In this document: positions 62,865-64,000 of the stretch, piece by piece
How the letters are laid out: the number at the start of each line of letters is the position of its first letter
Numbering within the stretch: the stretch's first letter is position 1
NCBI RefSeq assembly: GCF_963921235.1
Contig: NC_086097.1
Span: 250,606,001-250,670,000 of the forward strand
Direction of reading: 5' to 3'
From: Mobula hypostoma
Taxonomy: Eukaryota
DNA: 64,000 nucleotides
Position numbers and translations under genes: made by a program
The notes under the pieces: model-generated
What the model was told of the DNA's origin: nothing
Database searches by the model: none
The model's input: the letters and a program-made list of their open reading frames with translations, nothing else

Positions 62865-64000
62865 TGTGACGGGGTCCTGAATCACCCCTCTGAATTGTGC
62901 TTGGTTATCCCTATGAACTTTTGAAAAGAGGGAGAGAGAGTTATTTAACACCGATATCTTGCTTTGAAAAGTGAAAGAGAAAGGGAGAGAGAGACGAAGA
63001 CTGCTCACAGGTTGTTTATACTTTCTCCAAGGACATCGCCTGCTTGTATTCTTCCACGGACAGAGAAGGGCGGAGTTATTTGAGAGACAGCTGGTGCTCA
63101 GCACTGGAAGATAAAATAGGTCAGATGATAGACCTCAGACACATATTTTGGACACTGAATGAGCTTTGTTGTGCCCGCAGAAAAAGTGGGTTTTTGGAGG
63201 ATCGATCAGGCAGATCGATCAGTGGCTCTTGCAGTGAAAAGAAAAGGCAGTGACCGGTGGGGAGTTGTCCATGTGTCCACCCTTGCCTGGGTGATAGCTC
63301 CACCACAGAAAACTGGTCCCCTTTGTTGTGGTCACAGTTGGTGACTTTTAAAGGATATCGGAGGACAACGAGAAGTTCGACGATGTCAGCTCACCTGAAG
63401 ACTCAAATCTCTCCCTCTCTCCATCACTACTCAACTCAATACCATGAACTGAACTGAACTTTACTCATCATCGTAAGACTGTATCTTTTTACCACAGAAG
63501 TCCAGAACGAGGGGTCACAGTTTGAGGATAAAGGGGAAGCCTTTTAGGACCAAGGTTAGGAAAAACTTCTTCATACAGAGAGTAGTGAATCTGTGGAATT
63601 CTCTGCCACAGGAAACAGTTGAGGCCAGTTCATTGGCTATATTTAAGAGGGAGTTAGATATGGCCCTTGTGGCTAAAGGGATCAGGGGCTATGGAGGGAA
63701 GGCTGGTACAGGGTTCTGAGTTGGATGATCAGCCATGATCATACTGAATGGCGGTGCAGGATCGAAGGGCTGAATGGCCTACTCCTGCACCTATTTTCTA
63801 TGTTTCTATGTTTCTATGTTACCCCTAGACTTGAAGAAGCTTGGTTTTTCATATATATATTTCCACACTTACTGATTTACTTACTTATATATAATCATTG
63901 CCAACCTGTTTGATTTATCTACATTTATATTACTGTATTGCGTAGTTACTAATAAATATTATTAGTTAATAGCAATACTGGACTCCAAAGTGTTTTCCAT
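62865..64000 (+). mobile_element. Probable LTR (starts TGTGACGGG), interrupted by a CR1, running off the window
   Basis: TG start, no ORF, abrupt interruption of the preceding element's terminal repeat, AATAAA near 63951. Confidence 0.5.
63494..63820 (+). mobile_element. CR1 3' fragment
   Basis: NFFIQRVVNLWNSLP; (tttctatg)n tail; ttacc at both junctions. Confidence 0.85.

Overview
Eukaryotic DNA from a vertebrate, most likely a cartilaginous fish (probably a ray), judged from the repeat landscape of CR1/HER1-like LINEs, V-domain/HE1-like SINEs, Rex1/Babar, RTE and Penelope elements. The only host gene I can support is the 3' end of cadherin-17 (LI-cadherin, cdh17) on the minus strand. It has five coding exons with GT-AG sites and consistent phases (59499-59629, 47672-47902, 44856-44975, 14601-14717, 13353-13468), encoding EC6-EC7, the transmembrane helix and a short cytoplasmic tail; one intron is 30.1 kb. 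Almost everything else is decayed, often nested, transposable-element sequence, and nearly all ORFs in the supplied track are TE fragments or antisense noise. I find no CRISPR array and no clearly new multi-gene system. The most noteworthy signals are: a Sleeping Beauty-like Tc1 end (possible horizontal transfer), Penelope terminal repeats carrying a minimal hammerhead ribozyme motif, a 39-bp minisatellite that grew inside a Tx1 ORF2, two different CR1 insertions at the same nucleotide of two Rex1 copies, and a local inverted duplication of a chimeric 380-bp segment. TE boundaries are approximate unless a junction is quoted. Comparisons to reference proteins are from memory, not from a database search.
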